Positions 44,501-52,465 of a DNA stretch of 64,000 nucleotides are shown one piece after another (the first letter of the stretch is position 1; each line of letters begins with the position of its first letter). Source of the stretch: Bacilli bacterium (GTDB lineage: Bacteria; Bacillota_I; Bacilli_A; RFN20; CAG-826); NCBI GenBank assembly GCA_017477255.1, contig JAFUXB010000001.1, positions 29,872-93,871 on the forward strand. The letters are read 5' to 3'. Made by a program: the position numbers and the translations under genes. Under the pieces are notes generated by a model. It ran no database searches and was not told the DNA's origin. It saw only the letters and a list, made by a program, of their open reading frames with translations.

Positions 44501-45804
44501 TGATTGGAACTGTGGCAATTGTTGGTTCACCAAGTGTTGGCAAATCTACAATTTTTAATCGAATATTAGGTGAAAGAAAATCTATTGTTGAAGAACGCCG
44601 TGGTGTTACTCGCGATAGAATCTATGCAAAAGCAAGTTGGTTAACTCGCGATTTTTTTGTTATTGATACAGGTGGAATTGAAATTGAAAATCGTCCATTC
44701 CAAGAACAAATTAGAGCTCAAGTTGAAATTGCTATTAATGAAGCAAATGTTATTTTATTTGTAGTTGATGGAAAAGTAGGACTTACTGATGATGATAAAC
44801 TTGTTGCATCAATGCTTCATAAATCTAAAAAACCTATTGTTTTAGCAGTTAATAAAATTGATGATAACGATTTACAAATAAATATTTATGATTTTTATGC
44901 ACTTGGAATTGGTGATCCAATCCCTGTTTCTGGTGCTCATGGTATTGGAATTGGTGATGTTTTAGATGACATTATTAAAAAATTGCCTGATGAAACTGAA
45001 GATATAGTTGATAATTCAATTAAATTTTCAGTTATTGGAAGACCTAATGTAGGTAAATCAAGTTTAGTTAATGCAATATTAAAGCAAGATAGAGTTATTG
45101 TTTCAAATATTGAAGGAACAACTCGTGATGCAATCGACACTAAATTTGTTGCTAATGATAGAGAGTTTACAATAATTGATACAGCAGGTTTAAAAAAGAA
45201 AGGAAAAATCTTTGAATCTGTTGATAAATATGCAGCTTTAAGAGCTTTAAAAGCTATAGATGAGTCAGATGTTTGCTTATTAGTAATTGATGCAGAAAAA
45301 GGTTTAATTGATCAAGATAAACACGTTGTTGGTTATGCAATGGATTCAAAAAAAGCAATTATTATTGTAGTAAATAAGTGGGATGCAATCGATAAAGATA
45401 ACAATACTGTAAAAGAATTTACTGAAAAAATTAGAGCTGATTATAAATTCTTAGATTATGCCCCAATTGTTTTTGTTAGTGCGTTAAGCGGACAAAGAAT
45501 TAATACTTTATTACCTTTAATTGAAAAAGTTTATGATAGTTATACATTTGATATTAAAACAAGTGTATTAAATGAAATAATTCAAACTGCTCAAATGATG
45601 AATGAATCACCTCATTTTAATGGTGGAAGAGTTAAAATTTATTATGCTCAACAAGTAAGTAGCAAGCCTGTAACTATAGCTTTATTTTGTAATGAGCCTA
45701 CATGGATGCACTTCTCATATTTAAGATATATTGAAAATCAAATTCGTGATTCTTTTGAGTTAATAGGTTCTCCAATTAACCTAGTTTGTAGAAAAAGAAA
45801 GTAA
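44500..45804 (+). CDS. der: Ribosome-biogenesis GTPase Der (EngA), tandem G domains
   Basis: Two P-loops (GSPSVGKST, GRPNVGKSS), two DTGG/DTAG and NKxD motifs, and a KH-like C-terminus. Confidence 0.96.
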   Translation: MIGTVAIVGSPSVGKSTIFNRILGERKSIVEERRGVTRDRIYAKASWLTRDFFVIDTGGIEIENRPFQEQIRAQVEIAINEANVILFVVDGKVGLTDDDKLVASMLHKSKKPIVLAVNKIDDNDLQINIYDFYALGIGDPIPVSGAHGIGIGDVLDDIIKKLPDETEDIVDNSIKFSVIGRPNVGKSSLVNAILKQDRVIVSNIEGTTRDAIDTKFVANDREFTIIDTAGLKKKGKIFESVDKYAALRALKAIDESDVCLLVIDAEKGLIDQDKHVVGYAMDSKKAIIIVVNKWDAIDKDNNTVKEFTEKIRADYKFLDYAPIVFVSALSGQRINTLLPLIEKVYDSYTFDIKTSVLNEIIQTAQMMNESPHFNGGRVKIYYAQQVSSKPVTIALFCNEPTWMHFSYLRYIENQIRDSFELIGSPINLVCRKRK

Positions 45805-45916
45805 GTATAAATTAATAAATTTAAAATAAGTGTGATATTATCGAAATTTTTTATTGTCAGATTTTTAGAAATATGTTAATTTAAATTATAAGTTATTTTT
45901 ATAGGAGGCAAATTCA

Positions 45917-46192
45917 ATGAATAAAAATGATTTAAGCATTAGATTAGCTGAAGAAGTCGGCTTAACTAAAAAAGATGCAGAAAGAGTCTTAGATGCTCTT
46001 CTTGGTGAAGTTGAAAAAGCATTAGTCGCTGGTGAAGAAGTTAAACTTTCAGGATTTGGCGTTTTAGCAGTCAAACAAAGAAAAGAAAGAGTCGGAACTA
46101 ACCCAAGTAATGCAAACGAAAAAATTACTATTCCTGCAACAAAGACAGTTAGTTTCAAACCTGCAAAAGCTTTAAAAGAAAAAGTAGCTTAA
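45917..46192 (+). CDS. hup: DNA-binding protein HU
   Basis: MNKNDLSIRLAEEVGLTKKDAERVLDALL...GFG.....R.ER.GTNP......I.IPA.K...FKP.KALKE is canonical HU. Confidence 0.96.
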   Translation: MNKNDLSIRLAEEVGLTKKDAERVLDALLGEVEKALVAGEEVKLSGFGVLAVKQRKERVGTNPSNANEKITIPATKTVSFKPAKALKEKVA

Positions 46193-46213
46193 TTATAATT
46201 TTATAAACTACTA

Positions 46214-46243
46214 AAAAGCCAGATTAATTCTGGCTTTTCTTTA
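46214..46243 (+). terminator. Rho-independent terminator after hup
   Basis: AAAAGCCAGA-ttaat-TCTGGCTTTT followed by CTTT. Confidence 0.8.
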
Positions 46244-46250
46244 CTAGGAT

Positions 46251-46856
46251 ATGGTTACATTTTTTGATAAATTAAAGAAAATTTTTAATGAAAATGGTTT
46301 TCGACTTTATATGGTTGGTGGAACTAGTCGAGATTATCTTTTAAATTTAAAAATAAAAGATTTTGACTTTGTTACTGATGCCTTACCAGAAGAAACTTTA
46401 AAATTTTTAAAATGTGATGATGTTTTTAAAAAGTTTGGAGTTTTAATTTATAAAGAAGATAAAATTAGGTGTGAGATTGTAACTTTTAGAAAAGAAGAAG
46501 GATATGAAGATTTTAGACATCCTCAAAAGATAATTTTTGTAAAATCTATTGAAGAAGATTATGTAAGAAGAGATTTTACAATTAATTCTTTATATATAGA
46601 TGAAAATTACAATGTCATTGATCCTACAAATATGGGAGTAAAGGATTTAAACGATAAAATCTTAAGATTTATTGGAGATCCTATTAAAAGAATTAAAGAA
46701 GATCCACTTAGAATTTTAAGGGCTGAAAGATTTGTAAAAAAATATAATTTAAAAATTGAAGAAAATTCTTTAAAAGCGATAAAAGAAAATTATAATTTAA
46801 TTAATAAATTAAAAATTGAAAAAGTTGAGGAAGAGAAAAGGAAGGGTAAGTTATGA
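46251..46856 (+). CDS. Half-size class-II nucleotidyltransferase (CCA-adding enzyme/poly(A) polymerase head+neck only)
   Basis: GGTSRD...DFDF (motif A), RRDFTINSLY (motif B), EDPLRILRAERF (motif D). Only 201 aa. Its stop overlaps the dnaD start. Confidence 0.75.
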   Translation: MVTFFDKLKKIFNENGFRLYMVGGTSRDYLLNLKIKDFDFVTDALPEETLKFLKCDDVFKKFGVLIYKEDKIRCEIVTFRKEEGYEDFRHPQKIIFVKSIEEDYVRRDFTINSLYIDENYNVIDPTNMGVKDLNDKILRFIGDPIKRIKEDPLRILRAERFVKKYNLKIEENSLKAIKENYNLINKLKIEKVEEEKRKGKL

Positions 46857-47431
46857 GATATGAAAATTCAAGTGCATTAGATTACAAATATTTATTGTTA
46901 GAATTTTATAAACAATTAAATATCGCAGAAAGAGAAGTTCTTGTTGTTTTAATGATTGAACATCTTTTACAACAAGGAAACGATTTTATTACAAGTGACT
47001 TACTTACTTTAAAAATGAACCTTCCTCAAGAAGAAATTGATGAATCTTTAACTGTTTTGTTTACAAAAGGTTATCTCGAATACATCGATAAAAATGGCGA
47101 TACATATACATCTTTAAATAGTCTTCATAAATTATTAATTAAAACATTTGAAAAGAGTGTTTATACCGATGATGAAATGGAAAAAAATGAAGAACTCGAA
47201 GAAAGAAGAAACTACATTTTTGAAGAATTCATGAAAGTTTTTGAAAGAAATTTATCACCAGTTGAAATTTATACAATTGATGGTTGGCTTAGTAGTGAAG
47301 TTGATAGTGACATTATCATCAACGCTTTAAAAGATGCTAAAAAATATAACAAATTAAATATTAAATATATTGATCGTCTTATTGTTAATAGAATTAAAGA
47401 AGAAGATCTAGATGGAAACGAAATTAAATAA
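46853..47431 (+). CDS. dnaD: Replication initiation/primosome protein DnaD
   Basis: C-terminal DnaD/DnaB_2 domain (FERNLSPVEIYTIDGWL...IINALKDAKKYNKLNIKYIDRLI). dnaD-nth adjacency as in B. subtilis. Confidence 0.75.
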   Translation: MRYENSSALDYKYLLLEFYKQLNIAEREVLVVLMIEHLLQQGNDFITSDLLTLKMNLPQEEIDESLTVLFTKGYLEYIDKNGDTYTSLNSLHKLLIKTFEKSVYTDDEMEKNEELEERRNYIFEEFMKVFERNLSPVEIYTIDGWLSSEVDSDIIINALKDAKKYNKLNIKYIDRLIVNRIKEEDLDGNEIK

Positions 47432-48050
47432 GCAAGAATTAATCGTTAATTATTTAGATGAAATATTACCTAATGCTGGTTGTGAATTAAATTACACAAC
47501 TGATTATTCTTTTTTAATTGCTGTAATGCTTAGCGCACAATGTACTGATAAAAAAGTAAATAAAGTTACAGCAAAACTTTTTAAAATTTATCCAGATCTT
47601 GAATCTTTAGCAAATGCAAAATATAAAGACATATATGAACTTGTTAAAGAATTAGGGCTAGCAAAAACTAAAGCTCAAAACGTAATTGATATAGCAAAAA
47701 CTTTAATAGATAAGTTCGATTCTCGCGTTCCAATCAATAAATTTGAACTTATGAGCTTACCTGGAGTTGGTAATAAAACTGCAAATGTGGTTCATGTTGA
47801 ATTATTTAATATTCCTGAATTTCCTGTTGATACTCATGTTGCTCGAATTTCTAAAAGACTTCAAATTGCTTTAGAAGAAGATGATGTAAAAACAATTGAA
47901 CATAAATTAAAAGAATTGTTTCCAAAAGAAAAATGGATTAAACTCCATCATCAATTTATCCATTTTGGAAGATATTATTGTAAAGCTATTTCACCTAAAT
48001 GCGAAGGCTGTAAACTAGCTCAAATTTGTCAAAAACCCTGCAAATCCTAG
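47412..48050 (+). CDS. nth: Endonuclease III
   Basis: HhH-GPD (LPGVGNKTANVV), catalytic-Lys region, and C-terminal 4Fe-4S motif CKAISPKCEGCKLAQIC. Confidence 0.94.
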   Translation: METKLNKQELIVNYLDEILPNAGCELNYTTDYSFLIAVMLSAQCTDKKVNKVTAKLFKIYPDLESLANAKYKDIYELVKELGLAKTKAQNVIDIAKTLIDKFDSRVPINKFELMSLPGVGNKTANVVHVELFNIPEFPVDTHVARISKRLQIALEEDDVKTIEHKLKELFPKEKWIKLHHQFIHFGRYYCKAISPKCEGCKLAQICQKPCKS

Positions 48051-48051
48051 C
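48031..48051 (-). repeat. Dispersed motif copy (reverse) covering the last 6 codons and stop codon of nth
   Basis: AAAAACCCTGCAAATCCTAGC has reverse complement GCTAGGATTTGCAGGGTTTTT. Read as QKPCKS*, a third frame. Confidence 0.85.
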
Positions 48052-48057
48052 TCTTTT

Positions 48058-48573
48058 TTATAAAACGCTTAAATAATCAACGTAAATTTTTAAATTAGAA
48101 GGTACTAAAAAACCTTCTTTTTTAAAATAAGTTAAAGGAATAGAAGATCTATTTTCATTATCTAAAAATGCTAATAATTTATCTCCTTTAAGAAGATAAA
48201 TTTCATCTAAAGCACTAAATTCAACAAGTAAAAAAGAAATTCCACCAAAATTTAATACATTTTTAATATGTTCAATTTGATGATCTTCAATATTTTTTAA
48301 AGGCAAAGAAGTTTTAGAATGAGTCGATTTTGCTTCAAAATCGATGTATTTTCCATTAAAAACTCCATTATAATCTGTTGTTGATTTACTTTCAAAAGCA
48401 GCTTTTGTAATAAGCTGAGTTTCATTATCTATTGAAATAATTTTAATTGGAGTAGGTTTTTTATAGATCAGAGCAATATTATTTTCTTTATAATACTCAT
48501 TTGCTTTATTTATTTTTGATTCAAATGAAAGTCCTTTATTTTTATCTTTAATATAAGAAGGGAATTTTATCAT
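48058..48573 (-). CDS. recU: Holliday junction resolvase RecU
   Basis: KGLSFESKINKANEYYKENNIALIYKKPTPIKI... and ...DF.G...GKYIDFEAKST are RecU motifs. 171 aa. Confidence 0.88.
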   Translation of the reverse strand: MIKFPSYIKDKNKGLSFESKINKANEYYKENNIALIYKKPTPIKIISIDNETQLITKAAFESKSTTDYNGVFNGKYIDFEAKSTHSKTSLPLKNIEDHQIEHIKNVLNFGGISFLLVEFSALDEIYLLKGDKLLAFLDNENRSSIPLTYFKKEGFLVPSNLKIYVDYLSVL

Positions 48574-49295
48574 TTAATTTCTTCCTCGATAAATTTTAAA
48601 TAATCTTCGTAAGTAATTTGTTTATCTTTATTAAGTTTTCTAATTAATTTAATAAAAGGAGTAGGCATATGACTAAATCTATCTAAAGTTGTCTTATATT
48701 GTTCAACTAAAATTCCTCTTTTTGTAACAAAAGCTTCGTATAAAAGCATTAAATTATAAGCATCATCAGAAGGGTCATGTTCAGTACCAACAAAGTTGAT
48801 TTTAAATACTTTTAAACCTTCAGCAAGTGATAATTGTTGACCTTTATTATCTTTAACAAATTTTGAGAAAATTGCACTAAAGTCCATGTAATTTTCATAA
48901 ATTGTAGCAATAAAAGGATCATTTTCCATCTCGTTTAATTCTTGTGAACAATGTAATAATCTTTTATCAAAATTGCCATAAGTGACATAAGTTGTATCTT
49001 TATATTTAAGTCCAACAAATTTTTTAAGCTTCTCAATAGCTTTTTTAAAAGTAGTACCGTTTTCTTGTAAAAATTCATCGTTTAAACCAGTAATTCCTTC
49101 AACAATTTTTCCAACTTCGCCAAAAGGATTAATGTAAACAATAAACTTTTTGTTGTTCTTTTTGATATTATTTTTTGCATCAATTGAAACTTTTACAGCA
49201 CCAATTGCCATAATTTCTTGGGTGTATTGAGTACCTTCGAAATCTAAGAATACTATTTGTTTTCTGTCTTTTAATAATTTATTAATTTCTTTCAT
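48570..49295 (-). CDS. DEDDh-type 3'-5' exonuclease domain protein
   Basis: Exo I FLDFEGT, and HDPSDDAYN (H-x4-D) near the C-terminal part. 241 aa. Translationally coupled to recU. Confidence 0.7.
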   Translation of the reverse strand: MKEINKLLKDRKQIVFLDFEGTQYTQEIMAIGAVKVSIDAKNNIKKNNKKFIVYINPFGEVGKIVEGITGLNDEFLQENGTTFKKAIEKLKKFVGLKYKDTTYVTYGNFDKRLLHCSQELNEMENDPFIATIYENYMDFSAIFSKFVKDNKGQQLSLAEGLKVFKINFVGTEHDPSDDAYNLMLLYEAFVTKRGILVEQYKTTLDRFSHMPTPFIKLIRKLNKDKQITYEDYLKFIEEEIK

Positions 49296-49412
49296 ACTCT
49301 TGAATTATATTTATTATCGAGCAAATATACAAATATTTATTTTAATAAATTGGGTAATAATGATTTGAAAATATGTCTTATATAAAATATAATATTTTAT
49401 ATCTAAGTAATT

Positions 49413-49700
49413 ATGAAACTAAATTTAACATCTAAAAAAATTTTAAATAAAAAATTCAAAAAATCCGAAGAAGGATATGATGTAGAAGAAGTTGAAAAAT
49501 TTCTTGAGAAAATCGCCTTAGATTATCGTGAATTTGAATCTATGTCAATTGAAGATAACTCTAATTCAAGTGATAACATCGAAGAAAGCGCTTCTAATAG
49601 TGACGTAAATCACTTAGATAATTTGGATTTATTACGCAAGATTGGAAAGTATGAAAAAAAGCTTTACGAACTTGGTGTTGATCCAACCAAAATTAAATAA
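49413..49700 (+). CDS. gpsB: GpsB/DivIVA-domain cell-cycle protein
   Basis: The N-terminus LTSKKILNKKFKKSEEGYDVEEVEKFLEKIALDYREFE is a DivIVA/GpsB motif. The C-terminus has NLDLLRKIGKYEKKLYE. gpsB-rnpB adjacency as in B. subtilis. Confidence 0.8.
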   Translation: MKLNLTSKKILNKKFKKSEEGYDVEEVEKFLEKIALDYREFESMSIEDNSNSSDNIEESASNSDVNHLDNLDLLRKIGKYEKKLYELGVDPTKIK

Positions 49701-49703
49701 AAT

Positions 49704-50038
49704 TTCAGTCTATGCAATCGCTGGCTTTTAGTTAGAGGAAAGTCCATGCTCGCACTATCTGTGATGATAGTAGTGATTGCGCTAGGAGAAAAAATAATCC
49801 TAGGTACTTGGGAGCAAGTAACGGCAATGTATTTATTCTAAAGGTGAAAACCCATGAATAAATCGTGTAAAGTGCCACAGAAACGATCAACATCGAAAGT
49901 TGTTGCTGAAACGCGGTAAACCCCACAAGCGAGAAACTCAAATATTGGTAGAGGAAGTCTAAAAAGAGAACCGAATCTTATAAGACAGGGAAACCTAGAT
50001 AAATGATTGCATAAAACAAAACATGGCTTATGGACTGA
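49704..50038 (+). ncRNA. rnpB: RNase P RNA (bacterial type B), about 335 nt
   Basis: GAGGAAAGTCCATGCTCGCAC, ACAGAAAC, GCGGTAAACCCCAC, ACAAAACATGGCTTA conserved blocks. P1 pairs TTCAGTC (49704) with GGACTGAA (50031). P2 pairs ATGCAATC with GATTGCAT. Confidence 0.92.
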
Positions 50039-50056
50039 ATACTCAAAAAAAGAAGT

Positions 50057-50734
50057 ATGAAAAAAGTTAATGCACCAACAAAAATTACATTTGCAAGAAT
50101 AGGAATAAGTGTTTTTCTTTTGCTTGCTATTTTTGTTATGTACATTGTTGATGAATTTAACCCATTTATCTTCAAAGCAAATATTTATTTGACTAATGAT
50201 AAAATTAATGGACCTTACCTTAATTACATTATGTTAATTATTTTTGTTTTATTTTTGACTGCATGTCTTACAGATTTTTTAGATGGCTATTTAGCTAGAA
50301 AAAATAATCTTGTAACAGACTTAGGAAAATTTTTAGATCCTTTAGCAGATAAAATGCTAATTAATTCTTTATCAATTTTCCTAGTTTTTTCATTTGCATC
50401 AATAAATAATTCAAGTAAGATTCCATTTTTCTGTGTAATTATCATGGTTATTAGAGACTTAGTCGTTGATGGACTAAGATTTGTTTGTGCAAAGAAAGGT
50501 AAAACAATTCAAGCTAACATTTATGGAAAACTTAAAACAGTTTTTCAAATGGTTATGATTGGACTTATTTTATTTAATGGATTCCCATTTTCTTTCTTTG
50601 ATATAAGCTGGCCAAAATATTTACACATCACAGATTTTGTATGTTATATCACAACATTAACATCTTTCATTAGTGGAGTAATTTATGTAAAACAGAATAT
50701 ACATTTAATTGTTGGAGGGGACACAAATGAATAA
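50057..50734 (+). CDS. pgsA: CDP-diacylglycerol--glycerol-3-phosphate 3-phosphatidyltransferase
   Basis: CDP-alcohol phosphatidyltransferase motif DFLDGYLARK....TDLGKFLDPLADK. pgsA-cinA-recA synteny. Confidence 0.92.
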   Translation: MKKVNAPTKITFARIGISVFLLLAIFVMYIVDEFNPFIFKANIYLTNDKINGPYLNYIMLIIFVLFLTACLTDFLDGYLARKNNLVTDLGKFLDPLADKMLINSLSIFLVFSFASINNSSKIPFFCVIIMVIRDLVVDGLRFVCAKKGKTIQANIYGKLKTVFQMVMIGLILFNGFPFSFFDISWPKYLHITDFVCYITTLTSFISGVIYVKQNIHLIVGGDTNE

Positions 50735-51197
50735 AGTTGAACAATTAATCGATTTATTAGCTAAAAAAGAACTTACTTTAGGTGCTGCTGAATCATTTAC
50801 AGGTGGTTTGTTTGGAAAAACAATCACTGATGTAAGTGGTGCTAGCAAAGTATTTAAAGGTTCTATCGTTTCTTATAGTAAGGAAGTCAAAGTTAATGTC
50901 TTAGGTTTAGATGAAGCTTTCTTAGATGAAAACGGAATCGTTTCATGGCCAACTGCTCAAGCAATGGCTGTTGCTGCTAAAAAAGTTTTAAACACTGATA
51001 TTGCTGTTTCATTTACTGGAAACGCAGGTCCAGAACAATTACCAGGTGAAGCCAAAGTTGGTGAAGTTTATATGGCAATTGTTTATGCAGAAAAAGTTTG
51101 GGCAATTCCTTTAAAACTTGAACTTGAAAGAAAAGAAGTTAGAGAAGTTGCTGTAAATAGTGTAATTGATGCACTTATTTCAATCTTAAGTAGATAA
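50727..51197 (+). CDS. cinA: CinA C-terminal domain protein (nicotinamide-nucleotide amidase PncC-like)
   Basis: LGAAESFTGGLFGKTITDVSGASKVFKGSIVSYS is the CinA_C signature. ATG 50727 lies after a GGAGGGG RBS (the ORF-track start at 50709 is TTG). Confidence 0.88.
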   Translation: MNKVEQLIDLLAKKELTLGAAESFTGGLFGKTITDVSGASKVFKGSIVSYSKEVKVNVLGLDEAFLDENGIVSWPTAQAMAVAAKKVLNTDIAVSFTGNAGPEQLPGEAKVGEVYMAIVYAEKVWAIPLKLELERKEVREVAVNSVIDALISILSR

Positions 51198-51220
51198 AAT
51201 TTACAAAAAATTAAAATTTT

Positions 51221-51267
51221 ACCCCCCTATTCGGTTTGAAAAAACCCTACTTGTATAATAGAGGGGG
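51221..51267 (+). promoter_or_regulatory. Conserved leader element upstream of recA (shared with 59717-59762)
   Basis: ACCCCCC...(19 nt)...CCTACTTGTATAATAGAGGGGG. It contains TATAAT (51254-51259) and the recA SD. The C-run and G-run are complementary. Confidence 0.5.
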
Positions 51268-51274
51268 AATTTCT

Positions 51275-52291
51275 ATGACAAAAGAAATCAAAGAAAACAA
51301 TGACGTTATTCTTGAAGATGTCTTAAAAGATATCAAGAGAAATTTTGGAAGCGGATCAATCATGCGACTCGGTGATAAACCTGAAGTCGGTGTTGATGTT
51401 ATTTCTAGTGGATCAATTTTACTAGATAATTGCTTAGGAGTCGGAGGTTATCCAAAAGGCAGGATTATTGAAATATATGGTCCTGAAAGTAGTGGTAAAA
51501 CTACTTTGGCACTTACTGCAATTGCAGAATGTCAAAAAAATGGAGGACTTTGTGCATTTATTGATGCTGAGCAATCAATTGATCCAGTTTATGCAAAAGC
51601 TTTAGGAGTTAAAATTGAAGATTTAATTTTATCTCAACCAGATAGTGGTGAAGAAGCTTTAGAAATAGTTGAAATGCTTGCAAGAAAAGAGTGTTTTGAC
51701 CTTATTGTTGTCGATAGTGTTGCAGCACTTGTTCCACAACAAGAATTAGATGGTCAAATGACAGATCAATCTGTTGGACTTCAAGCAAGAATGATGTCGA
51801 AAGCAATGAGAAAGATTACTGCTGTTTTAAATAAAGGAAATTGTAGTGTAATCTTTATTAATCAACTTAGAGAAAAAGTTGGTGTAATTTATGGAAGCAA
51901 TGAAACAACTACAGGAGGAAGAGCACTTAAATTCTTCTCATCTGTAAGAATTGACATTCGTAGAGCCGAAGCTATTAAAGATGGTGGCGATATGATTGGA
52001 AATACAGTTGTTGTAAAAGTTGTTAAAAACAAAGTTGCTCCACCATTTAAATCATGTCGTTTAGATATTATTTATGGTAAGGGAATTTCTAAAGAAGGGG
52101 AACTTTTAGATTTAGCAATTGATGCCGGAATCGTTAAAAAGAGTGGTTCATGGTACGAAGTTTATGGTGATAGAATTGGACAAGGTAGAGATACTGCTAA
52201 ATCATTCTTAGCCGACAATAAAGATATATTTAATAGAATTAAAGAGGAAATAACTTCTAAAAATAAGAAAAAAGAAGAAGTAGCCGCATAA
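51275..52291 (+). CDS. recA: Recombinase RecA
   Basis: [12 protein letters not shown] Walker [35 protein letters not shown] 51275 lies after GAGGGGG (the ORF-track start at 51236 is TTG). Confidence 0.97.
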   Translation: MTKEIKENNDVILEDVLKDIKRNFGSGSIMRLGDKPEVGVDVISSGSILLDNCLGVGGYPKGRIIEIYGPESSGKTTLALTAIAECQKNGGLCAFIDAEQSIDPVYAKALGVKIEDLILSQPDSGEEALEIVEMLARKECFDLIVVDSVAALVPQQELDGQMTDQSVGLQARMMSKAMRKITAVLNKGNCSVIFINQLREKVGVIYGSNETTTGGRALKFFSSVRIDIRRAEAIKDGGDMIGNTVVVKVVKNKVAPPFKSCRLDIIYGKGISKEGELLDLAIDAGIVKKSGSWYEVYGDRIGQGRDTAKSFLADNKDIFNRIKEEITSKNKKKEEVAA

Positions 52292-52465
52292 ATTTAACTT
52301 ATTAATTTTTCATAATTTACTATAAGATTCACACTTATTAAATTTAAAAACAGGTTAATCTTTGTTATAATGTTTCCGTATTGAAAAATACATTTTGACT
52401 TAGTTAATTATTTTTGAAATATACAATTTACTTTTGTCGTTAACACTATAAAGGAGGTTATCAGA

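Noticed and set aside
46153-46176. AAACCTGCAAAAGC in hup, CTGCAGG in the S8 protease (14694), and TTCTGCAGTTATTTT in ymdB (54745), as further motif copies.
   Set aside because: Each matches 9 or fewer contiguous positions. They encode residues that are conserved in their families (FKPAKALK in HU, SAGNEG in subtilases) or sit in AT-rich context where such matches are expected.
48058-49295. The recU plus DEDDh exonuclease pair as a possible nuclease-based defence module.
   Set aside because: RecU has canonical resolvase motifs and sits in the conserved Firmicutes dnaD-nth / recU / gpsB-rnpB neighbourhood. There are no ATPase, sensor or toxin partner genes and no compositional break.
49732-50175. 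Two minus-strand ORFs (49732-49941, 49978-50175).
   Set aside because: Both overlap RNase P RNA (49704-50038), and the second also overlaps the pgsA 5' end. The locus is explained by rnpB.
51236-51274. N-terminal extensions in the ORF track at recA (51236), oppB (20637), oppC (21670), oppD (23693), sufS (36767), sufB (38473), rsmG (41743), cinA (50709), map (8970), ribU (42589), tcdA (57352), and the lipoprotein (33126).
   Set aside because: Several of these start at TTG or GTG codons. All run through upstream genes, terminators or leader elements. In most cases a downstream ATG with a proper SD matches the canonical family N-terminus; no clear SD was seen for map (8985) or tcdA (57391).
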